Position numbers and translations under genes: made by a program. A DNA stretch of 64,000 nt, taken from Balanoglossus misakiensis (taxonomy: Eukaryota > Animalia > Hemichordata). Shown here in pieces: positions 1-13,141 of this stretch (the first letter of the stretch is position 1; each line of letters begins with the position of its first letter). Location: positions 10,953,995 to 11,017,994 of the forward strand of contig CM082585.2 in NCBI GenBank assembly GCA_040954595.2, in the 5' to 3' direction. Under the pieces are notes generated by a model. The model was given only the letters and a program-made list of their open reading frames with translations. It was not told the DNA's origin and searched no databases.

Positions 1-3000
1 GTCTCACGAGATAAATTTCATGGAGTCAGTCAGCGCATGCTGTGCCATCTAATGGAGTTTAGGGAGATCTTAAATTATTATCAAAATGATGAGGAAATCA
101 CACCGGACACAATCCCCAGCATGTTTGGAACTCGTCCTGAAGGTATGGCAGCGTGAATCAAATTTTAATCTCATATCCGAAAGCAAGGAACCATCAGAGC
201 AAGATTTGATGATTTTTTAAAGCATGGATGCCCACACGCATGTTGTGTTTTGTGTGTGTGTGGAAACATCCTGAAGAGGTGAAACAACTGATTATATGAT
301 AATTCTAAAACATGTTTTCATATCTGTGGCCTGTTTTGTTATAAAAACATACTCAAAAGACACATTCACTATTTTATTCCATATTAATATTGCTTATGAA
401 CTGTTCATAGCCTATTGTTATCCCAATTACTTCAATTTTGTAGTTGTGATTGCAGTCCACAGACACTCGGTTGATTATTGCGGTGGGTAATTACATAAAT
501 GTGATTCATTCGGCCTTTGTCTCTTTTAAACTTTCCTTGAGGGACTATCACAGGCGATGGTTGAGGGAGGACGAACACGCGCAATGTGCCTAAATTATTC
601 TAGAATGAACAATGAAATTCCCAGAAATTATCAATAAAATAACATTCAATTTAATAAAGCAATTCTGCCTATGCCTGCTCCTTTTAAATATCCCTAAAAT
701 TTCCTTAAAGTGTGAGAATATTTTAATTTTTCTAATTGAAAGTTGATACGGCGTAATTAGTGAGAAGTTTCGAAAAAAGTCCTGGCTTTATTTTTTTAAA
801 ATAATGGAGTCATTACGACTGACGCTGAATGTAATTAATACGCTCGCAATAACGGCTTCCCTGAAGGGGTAACGTCCAGGTTTTGAATTTCTAGTCCTTG
901 CTCAGTTTCAATCGGTAGTCGCTATGGCAACGGGTTGAACCACGTTCATTTAGCAGAAAATTGGAGTTTTCTTAATGTTAAGATGCGAAGTCAACATTTA
1001 TTTAGATAGTCTGTTTTATGATTATGAGCAAAGTCTGCTCGTTGTCGAAAAATTGCAAAATAAAGGTGGATTAGAAAATATTTTCATACTTTATAGCAGC
1101 TGTCTTATTGCATGTATTTAGATGAGTTTTTTTCCGGAATTGACTCAACAAAAGTGAGTTGAAGCTTTGCCCATTTGTTAACGCCATATTATTGACAGAC
1201 GATAATTTAGATTGACGTCGCTGACATAATTAGTAGAGCATGTACCGGGTGTTAATCGCGGTTGATGGACAAGTGTCAGATTTTTTATTCGGAGATAGTA
1301 CACTAGAGAATAATAGTCGACTCGAACCATATGGATAATATTGACACACCTCGTTATCGTATCAAAGAATAGCCTTAATACCATATGAAGTTCCGAATCA
1401 CTAGATTGAAAACATTGAGGTTACAGACATTTTTCATGGTGAATATTCGCGGAAGTACAGTGTTTGTCGCATCGTTTTCAAATTTTAAATCCTTTTCTTG
1501 CCAATACAGTCTAGCAGAAGCCATAACGTTTATATATGTTAGCATTGGCACTGGTGAAGTTTCACATTAGATGGTTTTGATGAAAAGATATCACTTCCGG
1601 GTTCTAGCGCGAGCTATACCCAGTTTACGCTGATTAAATTGAATGTAATATTGGTTGTAGCACTATTCTGTACGTAGTTGATAAAAAGTGCACTTGGCAA
1701 AAGGTTGCAGCAATGTCAAAGTCAACAGCACGGTTCCTTTACGGCCCATTTAACGACGCCAGCAGGATTTCTTATTAGCGTAGAACATACAGAATATATC
1801 ACCCGATTGTAAGGTTTCTTCAGCTCAAACACCGTTCGCTCGCGGCATCGAGACCTAATGACCTCCTTCTACACAAGGTTGGCGATTGATCAGATCGGCC
1901 AATTTAATGCACATTCTTATTCAAGCCTGCTCAAAACCATACTCTAGCTTCTTAACACCATGTAGTACGAGTTTCATGTCTCTAATGGTTAAACCGATGT
2001 CACATATTCGTCCCAAAGCGCAGAGTGATCCTCGAAAAGCTATCGAGTTTGGCTTAAAATAGAAAGCGGGGGAGGTTCAGAGCTGGATCGCGTGTTAACC
2101 CTGACTCGAAGCAATGATGGTATTTCCAGGGACTCGTTCACATTTGTGATTTTGTTATTTTTTCCTCACAAAATATACAGTTCTTCCGAAGTAAAATATA
2201 TTTTGTTAAATTGCAGTTTCCATGTTTAAACAAGTTATGTTTTAAAATAGACAATCGCGTGTATGTAGGCGTCTTGGGGAATTGATCATTCGGTGTACGG
2301 CAAAATGGCTCTTCCATCTTGACGGCTGTTGAAGATATGATTAATAGAATCCCGAGTCGACTCATTTGATTCTCTGCGCTTGCCAACTGTTAACAGTAAA
2401 ATACGTTCAGAATCAACTGGTGTATCCTTGATTTAGAAATACCAATTCTGCATCAGTTGTTGAAATCTGTCCAATAATGGTCGAAAATTAGCACAGTGCT
2501 GATCATACTAGGATACATTCATGTTACATTCAATCTCCATCATAATCAGTCTATCACAAATCACAGCTTAAGGTTCAGACGTTAATTTCTGCAAACGCAC
2601 ACTTAATTTCAACCAACAGGAATACAGTGAACCAAAAAAGCAATCGCTTTGATTTCAACACCAATCACTGTCGACAGCCATCACAACCAACTCAGCACTT
2701 GACGTAAGATATTTTATTGGCGTGACATTTGACATTACAATGGGCCATTATTTCGAGACCTCAAGCACATTAGAGTCATTTACCAGACAAGTCACGTTCG
2801 CGCAACCCTACACGATATCATCGGGATGTGACGAGACGAGACTTACCCTTCGGGGCTGCCGACGGCCATTGTCGTGTCCACTAAAGTATGACAGGGGGAC
2901 AGCTCATCGAGAGGAATAAATTGAGTACAAATTCCAACAGACCATTTAACATGCAGGTATGCGAATGATGGACTCCGAATGCAAAGAAGGGAACATGATT

Positions 3001-4297
3001 TAATCTTGACAGTCCATGAAAAGGTGGATGACATGATCTTAGTTAACAAGTCAATTAAGTTTTAAAAACCACAGGAGTCCATTTATTTTAATTCAGTGGT
3101 TATCAACACCTGCGCACTCAGTAAGCATGCATCTCATTTTACTTGTAAGATGGATTTGTTCATTCAAGTGGGAAAGATTCATTTTCAAGTGGGCGTATGG
3201 ACATAATTAACGCCTTGTTTTATTGATTTAGCTCACGTGAGCATATGATGTCACACATTTTGAAAATACTAGTTTTGCAAATACACAACAATGATAAAAA
3301 TATACAGACATGCAGAGATATCTAACTTTTCTTTGGTCTAATATGTAATTGTTAACGTTTAGCGACATCTGTTCGCGTTTACAGTCGTATATTTTATCAA
3401 TTCAATATGGCTATAAATTTTATGACATTTTCAGCTGATAATTTTTCGACGCATACCGTTCAAAAATTAATGGTAATCGCAGTAGTTATTAGTTGACTTT
3501 ATGGTGTTTGTGAACTCTGTCAAATTATAGTGTGAACGTGATCAAGCTTATCGAAATGGGGGTGGCATTGGAGGTTATAAGAACGGGCCATCACAGTTTA
3601 TACGTCATAGCTGGTTGAGATTCGTATTCCACTCACGTCAACATTTGTTGTAGTTGATGTTTGCGGTCGTCTGGACGGGGTGGCAAATTTCGCGCCGAAA
3701 TATTCAAGTAGTCAGGCGATCATCACAACATGCTATCATCTGAATAATAGACTCAATACACCACTCGATACTCATTGCTGAAACAGGATTATTCGCCTCG
3801 TCTTTCAGCGTAAGTGCAAACATCAAGATCAGCTGAGCTAACAAACGTAGTCTGCACAATTTTCCCGCCACAACGAATTATTGTTGCACAAATCATGACC
3901 ACTTTCCGCTGTCTGTGGTTACCATTGGAGGAAAAAAACAGCCTCGTTGACGTCGGGCGTTGGACGGTTACGTCTGAAATTGTACACGATGGGACATTTC
4001 TATGTTTTGAATCGATAATGCCTAACGGTCGCAAAAAAACATGCATTAATGACCCTTTTGGTCAGTAATTAAACGTCGTTGCTTTCATTTTCTGGGTAGG
4101 GAGTGATTAAGTGACTGACATATTTCTATATGTTGCTAAAGCAGCATTGCTTTTAGAAATCATTTGAATAGACTGGTAATGTAATGTATTTAGAAATTTC
4201 ATTTCGTGTAAGTCGCATTAAGCTTAACTGCTAATTGATTGGCCACAATAGGATGGGTTCGACGGGTTTGATGACTCGCATCAAGAGAGAGACTCAC

Positions 4298-4753
4298 CTC
4301 GGTAACCGAAGAGGAACGTTGGCCCTTTTCGTCGTCATGGTAATATGTCCATCCGTCGTTGCAATAGGTGATGGGTATTGATTTCGTTTGTGAGCACGAC
4401 GATGCAAACGGCGCTGGCAGCGTCTCGTTAAACGGCGTTCTCGCGTCGTCTGACGACTCGTTCGGGTAGAAGTAACGGTAGCAGTGACTGAACTCGCAGA
4501 CGTCATAGCGGCGTTCAAAGGGGATGAAGAGCGACAGTTGATGGGTTTCGTTGCGGGAGAGAACGCGCGATTCCACATGTCGGCTGTCCCCCAGCTCTGC
4601 CACGTAGCATCGGTGAGGTACTTCTGCGCTGGTGAAGACCTGTCCCCAGATAATAAACACAGTCGGCAGAAGCATACAGCAAAGCATTGAGTAGAGAAGC
4701 TTCTGATAACGCCCGAAGTCCCCTAACAAATTAAGAACATGATCGAACTCCAT
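4298..4753 (-). CDS. SLC22-family organic ion transporter, paralog A, coding exon 1 only (rest of gene presumably lies left of the window)
   Basis: Translates MEFDHVLNLLGDFGRYQKLLY...PHRC...CNDGWTY...SSSVTE, the typical SLC22 N-terminus, TM1 and Cys/N-glycan-rich loop. It ends at a phase-0 GAG|gtgagt donor after 456 nt. No WDLVC exon 2 was found in 1-4297. Confidence 0.9.
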
Positions 4754-7002
4754 GATAAGGTAGCGTGTATGTGTTCTCGTTTGTGAAACTCCACTCTCAG
4801 TAATATCTCCTGTCCATCTGGATGGAGCGACCGACAACCGACAGGCTAGACAAAGTCTGACATGTATCACTTAGCGTTCAAAGTCAAGTAACCGCAGAAT
4901 TCAGCCACATCAACCCTAACGTACAGCGTGCATCAAGTGAAAATATGTTCATCGGCGGAAAAACACCGCTATGCCTATGTAGGCATGTTTACGCAGTGAC
5001 CACACGCATGCGCTCTCGCCACACACATCACCCTAATTGCAGTATCACTGCGACTCAGGGTGCAGTGATTTGAATTTTGCCTCCACCGCCCCATTAATCT
5101 GCCAACTCCTACCCGAAGGTAAAGCGCCTCAAAACTGGCAAGAGAAGTCAACGGCAAATCTGTGCCGATCTGAAGGAAAGATAAATTAAACGTACTATGT
5201 GCGAGTTCAATAACATGTATTTTTCTCGTTTATAACAGCTTATATTGCACTATGTATAAAGAAGTTATATTGAAATGTCTGCCATACATGCAACGCTTTA
5301 ACATGCTGTCCTCGATTTTTGCCATGAACCCTTTCAGTGCACGTATAAACGGAACTCATATAATGGTACGTGTCACAGTTTGACAATCATCGCATTCATA
5401 TGTATCAGAATCAGATGGTGAATCCCGTCTCATTCAGATGCTGTTGGTGGACACAATAAAGGTCATATTATGGAACTAAAACAACAAAAGTTTCACTTCA
5501 AAGACAAATAAATTTACTAAAGAAGGCATTTAATCTCAGAGGAAATTCACCGCAGCCAGAGGGCATGATTGAAAAGGATTTGAGAAATCTCTGATGATTT
5601 CTAAGCAGGAATTCCAATCCAGCCGCATATAATTGACAAACAGATTGTTCATTAGACGAAATTAAGGCTGATAGAGCGAGTACCGGAATGAAGTCACGTC
5701 AACAGAAGAAAATTGCACAGTAATTTGCATATCTAATGTGCACTGTCTTGGTCGGCTTCACTGATATTGATAACGGTACGATCCCTTCCAGCAAGATAAC
5801 CTATTTAAAAGGAAACAAATTAAAACGGCACTTTTTTCTGATATAAAATGAACTCCTGTGCGGTAATCGTCCACTTAACTTGGTCGACTGCGTCACCTGT
5901 GAGTAGTTTTTAATTTGCTGTTAGGATTTCCCTTTTATGACGTCACACATCCACTTTTCGAGGCATCACTCTGCACCTGTCAATCATAATATGGACTCTG
6001 GAGAAAAAGTGGTCAAATTTCGTGTGTACCTTTGATTTTACGCGCGTCTTTGGTTACAAATAAATTCATGATGTTTATGGTTTGTCTACATTTTTCGAAA
6101 AGCTACAGTTCAAAATGTCGTCTTTTTATTCGACGTAATTTTTGATTGGTCAGTTCAGTTGTCAACTCATCCACCAAGCAGGTGTCCAACAGGTGCACGT
6201 GTAACGCACCCTATAAATAGGACAGAGAACGGTCGTCGCTCATTTTGGCATATCAGGCCGAGGAACCATGATGGAACGGAATCGTGCATTCTCTGTAAAT
6301 ATGTCTTCATTATTTGAGACCAGCTCCTGGTTTAATTGGTATTCTCACCATGCACTGCAGTGACATGCATTAATGCACCGGGATTATTTTCACGAAATTG
6401 TCACTTTGACATTTTTACGCTCGTTTAGTCTCAGAGGGCTGGGCTTGTTTGCAACGGTATGGGGAAAACAATTCATCTCCCTGTTGGATCGATCGACCGG
6501 CCTTACATGCTATGGTTATTTCCATTTCGAATTGTAGATGGAAATGCCACGCAAATCAATACTCCAGATTGCAGACAAAAAACACGAAAGAATATCAAAA
6601 TTAAAACACTTTAATTCAAGTTGTCACGTTTCATTTGTAACACATACATACAAGATAACGTCTAAATTGACCAGAATTGTTTCAGCCAAGACACCTATAA
6701 AGCGTGTACCGAGATTGCCATAGACAACAGGGCGATCCAAATGGGACCTGAAGCGATTCTTATCGACATAACTCATCTCAATGAAACGTCTCCTTTCCCG
6801 ACGTTCCCAAGCCCACTCACAATTGCATCACGGTTGCCTAGACAACCAGCAACCATCTCTCTGCAGACATCCCCTTTCCATGCAAAAAAGGACGAAAGCA
6901 CCAGATGGTTCGTGACGAAAACCCCAGCAAACATCATTCTTTTGTGTGTTGTAAGCTCAAAAATGATCCCGACGTTCATTGCTTACGAACTCACAACCTA
7001 GT

Positions 7003-7120
<118 letters not shown>

Positions 7121-7272
7121 ATCCGCATCACGACATTTCCCACTATAAAGCTATACCGTGAAAATATACGGATAACTGACAGCTAAAATCATTGATAGAA
7201 AGGAACTGTTCGCCCCCTTGATAGTGATTTCGGGGGGGGGGGTGGCTGGGCTAGACAGGTGGACTCACTCAC

Positions 7273-7479
7273 CTGGAGGAAAGAATTGGGAACAGATACA
7301 CCCAGCCCCTGCGACCACGCAGAAACAACTCAACGGGGCTATGTCGGTCGATTGTGAATGTTGAGACGAGTACACCCGGGATTTCCACAGCACCAGCGAC
7401 GAAAAAGTTAAAATAGACGTTGTCTGGTATAGAAGACATATTCAGTGATACACCATAATAGAAAACGGATAGAGTGGTC
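7273..7479 (-). pseudogene. Orphan, frameshifted duplicate of an SLC22 exon (copy of paralog B exon 7)
   Basis: Flanked by tttgcag| and |gtgagt. Translates TTLSVFYYGVSLNMSSIPDNVYFNFFVAGAVEIPGVLVSTFTIDR, then after a shift IAPLSCFCVVAGAGCICSQFFPP. Paralog B reads TAIALVYYGVSLNMSSIKGNVYLNFFLAGLVEIPG...DRLGRTAPLSGFCALAGIGCICSQVFPP. Length is 207 vs 215 nt, an 8-nt deletion that removes the LGR motif. Confidence 0.85.
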
Positions 7480-8690
7480 CTGCAAAGGAGATGCCATCAA
7501 TACCAGATGCGAAAGGAGCGTGCTCATGTGCTTGGATGATATGTGGACCTTACAACAGCAAATTTCAGCAAACACGGTGAGTGAATCAGAATTTTTGATA
7601 GGATTGTTTAGAAATTATTAACATTTTGCTCGATGGTTCAAAATGCTGCCTGAGAAGTGCGTTGTCATTAATTATACGCAGTTGCATAATTGCTGCTTTT
7701 GAAAGAACGGTCAACGCTAGCGCGTTCAAACAACCCGGCCCCACTGCCAATCGATTGTTCCCCACCAGGTCTCAGAATACAAACTTCCCCGGATAACGCA
7801 TGCAAAATCCAATATAGGTCCTATATGATGGTGTGTTGAGATCTCTCGTATTGACAGTTGAAGCGCCCGCACCGGTCGATCACCTCAATGACCCCAGTCC
7901 CTGTTTATCATCGGTGCTTAGTGAACCGTACATTTGGGATGCAAAACAAGAGAGTTGTGGGTTTTTTAGAGTTGATGATGAGAGAAATAATTAATTACAT
8001 TGGAAATATTATGTTATATTGTGCGAAGATTTTTATTGGAACTAAAACATTTAAATATACTTTCTTTTAAATACTTTAAGACATAAAAACAAGATTTTGA
8101 ATCTGTGAATACAAATTTAAAGTTAAAAGCCGGTCACCAGAATATTTCAGTCCAGGCCATAAACGTGTAGGGCATAGGTCAGGGCAATATCATAACCAAG
8201 GTTAACGTCACGTAATGAACAACAATGACGTCTTATGATAACATGACCTCAGGAATTGACCTTTACATGTCTAAAAAGCAATATTTTTTTAAATGTCTGT
8301 CAACATTTCTGTTGATATTTTAGCGTTTTACATAAAACCTTTTACATCTGATTTAAATAAATCAAACATACAAACTATATGCAATATCACTGAGCTACAG
8401 TAATGAGGCAAGATTGACAAAATATACACATACAAGCTTTTACACCCAATACTTATAAATAGCTTTCTAAATAAATATAGTTTAAGATTTAATAAGTATA
8501 CATACAGAAAGCATATAACACACTACAGAGCACACGCAATTGAGAGAATACAAAATGGTTCAAGCAATGTGTGTTTGGATGACAGGCGACAAGCGTCTGA
8601 AAATAAATTACCAACAACAATATATAGCTCTCATTTTTTTCTCTCACGGGAATGTCGTAACACTTTCTTGAAGGGAATCCTTCTGAAATT

Positions 8691-11600
8691 CTATACGAAA
8701 CCTTGGCGGGAATCCTTGGGTACGTCATACTTGAAGTCAAAGTTTTCTATGGATGTCCACGTGACCACTTTCTTCAGACTGTTGGAGTCTTGCTCGGACG
8801 ACCTGTCGCTGCGGTTGCTGGATTTGCGAGTGGTTATGAAGTTGAACTTTCTGGAGGCGACGAAAAGTAGGGAAACTTTACTACCCGCAGTGAAATCCGT
8901 AGACTTCATAAAACAATATTTCTAAAATACAGCAAAGTTGTCCACGTATATCGTCAGGAGAAAACCGGAAAACCAACGACTTACCCTTCTTGTAAATATT
9001 CTACGTCTGCTATCGTAGAGGGTAGAGGCTTCCCTTTTGTTTCTGGCAAGAGAAGGATGAGGACGCCGGCGAAGAGGGCAGTGCTTCCATAGATGATGAA
9101 TGGAAGTGGTTGCCATACCGACGTTAAGAGTTGAACAAAAGGCGCGATGATGGAGCCCACTCTTCCAAAGCAGCTAGCAGCACCTAGTCCCGTCGTTCTG
9201 TCAAAGACATAGCGTTTTTAGAACATTTTATAACATTCAGACATTCACATTTGAAATAAAAAAAAAAGATCGTATGGGAAACTGAACAGTGACGTAATTC
9301 AAAGTACACATACCTAATGACAGTTGGCAGTAATTCAGAGGTATGGATAAAGGCGGTCCAGAATGCAGCGGCAGCACCCAGCTTTCCAATCAACGCCACG
9401 GTAACAGACATGTATTGCAGGTCTGCAAATGAATCAATAGAGGAGTTTCCGCTCAGTGCGAGATCTCGCGTGACTTGTTTAATTGCCGTTGCCAACTGTA
9501 GTAAAAACGATCATTTCTGAGTACTAGTATTACTAGTAGTAAAGAGTACACCCACCTGGAGGAAACACTTGCGAACAAATACACCCGATCCCAGCGAGTG
9601 CGCAGAAACCACTTAACGGAGCTGTGCGCCCCAAGCGGTCAACCATGAAAATGGAGAGGATGACTCCGGGAATTTCCACCAAACCCGCGAGGAAAAAATT
9701 CAAATATACATTCCCTTTAATGGAGGACATATTCAGCGATACCCCGTAATAGACAAGGGCGATGGCAGTCCTGGTGAGAACAGAAAACATGAAATCAGAC
9801 CCTTCGAAATGCTTACTGATAAACTCCCAAATACTCTTTATGATATTGCTTCATTTGTCCAGTCTTGTCAAATCCAACAGAGTGACGGACAGACAGGAAT
9901 TTACTCACCAATGGCAGAAAATATTCAAACATCTTCTTCTGAGATTTGGTGTTCTGACGAGATCCACAAAACTGTGACTCCTTCGGAAATTTAGTCCTCC
10001 ATTGTTTGTTCGCTTCGTTTTCTCTTCTTGGTGTTGTTTTCGGAGCCGCGGGAGCTGTAAGTTGCATAAACAGACTCAGAACAAGAAGTCGACTTTTTGA
10101 GAACCTTAAAGTGACAAAACTTGCAGATATTCTGTGTCGCCAGTTTTTTTAATTATAAAAAAAACATTAAAAAACTCATCAGCAAAGATTAGTCTTTGCA
10201 TTTTTGCTTTCTTAATTTTTTTCTCATCTTTGAACAAAATCCTGCAAGGTTTGTGCGACTATGGAACCCGTTCACCACACTAGGAGTAAATCAGAAATTT
10301 GAGCCGAAATCGAAAATTATATTAAAACGATAAAAAAACTACTGTCTTCAAGTATTTTGGTCAGAGTTGACCCGTAAAACTCTAAAATAGCCACATTCTT
10401 CTCAAATTATGGCAAACATAAATTCCAATTAATCGGAGTATATGGAACTCCAGCTGAGCCTCATTTCTTTATCCAATCTCTGTTCATTCATCTTAGAGTC
10501 TGGAATGGTTGGCAGACATCAATCAATCCACGACATATATTACTATGAAATGGAAACACATTCTTAACATGTACATGTACGTTTTATTCCTTACTACAAT
10601 GTTTTCCATGGCTTCCCAGTGTGATGAAGCTAGGTGGCTGGTAAATGGAACATGGCAGAAAAAAGCATTCGGTGGACTGAACGCTGACGCATGTTGGTGT
10701 AAAGTTTTGATTCGCATTTTCTTAATCATTCACGATCAATTAGTGAAAACAGTTATGACGACAAGAGAGCTTGGTTTTGTCTTTCTGCAAAGTTTTGTTT
10801 GTGTTGGAAATAATGACTGGTCAAGAATGCTCGATTTGTCACAATTATGCTGAATTTGTTCGCATTACTAAACAGATAGGCCTACATTTCGTATAATTGT
10901 TTACCCTAACGAATTTGTATTCGCTTCGATGTATTCTGAGAAGAAATCTTCACCATTTTCATCAACATTGTCTTCTCAAACGTTTCTGCACCCAAGACTC
11001 AGTCATTACCAACAGAAAGACTCGAAACTGTCAACCCAGGTAATGAAATCATGCGTCAGTGTTACACCCACACGAAAGAATTGAAAATGAGCACGTTACC
11101 GGTCCTGTCGACACTTGGTTGGCCGAGGCGCGAGGAAAATATCGTGTACGTAACAAGACTGACTATTCCTCGTGCGAGGGTTCTACCCACGCTGTACATT
11201 TTGAAGTGGGCTTTCACTTCATATATGTACAGAACCAATCAGTGGAAATTAGAATAAAGTTTGTAGACTTTACTGAAGAAGTGTTCCGAATTGGTCACTT
11301 TATAAATCGGTCTCTTACTAGAGAAATTTCGAATTTTAGCTGTAGTCCCATTACACATTGTAAGTTTAACTCAAATTGGTTCCAAGACATGTTTCACAAA
11401 CATTCACTAACGATAATTTATTTTCACTGAAATCATGAATAGAAAGTATCAGGACACACCACCAATTGTGACGTACATTAATTCGTTCCAAATGAAATGT
11501 TTTGCCATTGGTTAAATCCTGACACGTGACACATAATCATGCGCACACTCAATTGCTTCAAGTTCACTGAACCTCGCACGCGTTTGAACTTTGACATCGT

Positions 11601-13090
11601 TATTCTTTTAGTATAAACTGAACGTGCAATGGGACTATGTTCGCAGCGTGCAGTGCTCGTCGCATGAGGGACAGTTCACAAAAAGTCGATGAAGTACCAG
11701 TGGGCTAATGTCTGCTTTGTTCACCCTCGCTGCCTTTAGTATAATCACTTCCGCTTCCGCCACATCTCCCCGAGACAGAAGCCATCGCGGGGATTCTGGT
11801 ATACACCTTTAAGCGGCAAATAATTTGAAAATTAACATATTCCATGGTTAATTCAATCAAATCATTCAGCCAGGACGGCGCACAGGCAAATAGACCTTCA
11901 TGTGCAAATTTGAACCCACATTGATGCAACTGTATATAGTTAGCGCAAATGAAATGACCAATGGGTGAACGAATAAGTAGAACCCAGGTGGCTGGAAAAA
12001 TACCATAGTGAATTAATTAATTATGACAGTGAAGAAGAACCGGTAGACAGAACTGGAATTATTTTAATATGCCGATTATATAGTTCATAACATATTTATA
12101 AAACTATAGCAAATTAATGGCCCGGTTAATGCAACAAGATACGGTGAAAATTCTTTCTTTTACGCCCAAAGCATGTTCGTGAAAAGGTCAAGTTGTGAAT
12201 TTGAATAGACATGGTTTATTTGAATATCGAGAAATGAATATGGCAAGGTGGTACATGTACTTATGAAATAGTGAAAAATCAACGATACAGATTCAAAACA
12301 CAGAATTACTTATACGGACATATTCTGGACGAAGGATCACGGTTGAAATTATTAATTGATAGTTATCTCAGAATATTACAGCACTCCAGGAAGAAAATTA
12401 TTTTCAAACTTCGTTGGCAATCACCACAAAGGGTGAAAATATTACATTACACATCTTCTCAAGAATGATTTAGTTGAGGTCAGTTTAGTACAAAGTCATG
12501 AGCTGCATTTATACAAGGCATAATTCATGGACACGTTTTCGGGATTTCAGTAATACAAGTGCGCCGGCACGGCAGTGTATTGGACAGTTGTCTGGTCGGT
12601 AATGTTTGTTAGTAAGAAGTAACGTTCACTTCAATGTGAAGATACCGATTGAAAAAACATGGGTTAACTCGCTGCTCATGAGCTTAGGTAACTAAACTGA
12701 CTACTGAAACGCCGAACATGAAAGAGAGATGAAAAGAACCCATCCCAGTTGTGTGTACTTACCAAAAATATAACAGCATCAGGATTTGTGGGACACAGAG
12801 GCAGAGATTTAATTGCCTCCAGTCGCGTATTACATATGCCAGCCCTGCCAGCCCCATATAGGCAAGAGCATAGAATATAACGTTACTATTACTGACATAT
12901 GCTCGTTTCGATGGTCCAATCCACTCCAAAACTGTAAATAACAGATAAATATATTTATAGTAGTTTGGAGAAACACTATTCATCTCGCGATTTTTTTCTG
13001 TCTTTGTGAACGGGGATACACACAAATACATTGTAGCAATCACCATCATCATCGTTGTTGTCGTCGTCGTCGTCGTCGTCGTCATCATCG

Positions 13091-13141
<51 letters not shown>

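Noticed and set aside
6212-6362. Plus-strand TATAAA + Inr-like site followed by a 31-aa ORF (MMERNRAFSV...), and a donor-like site at about 7577
   Set aside because: No coherent spliced model or homology could be built. An antisense transcript is possible but unsupported.
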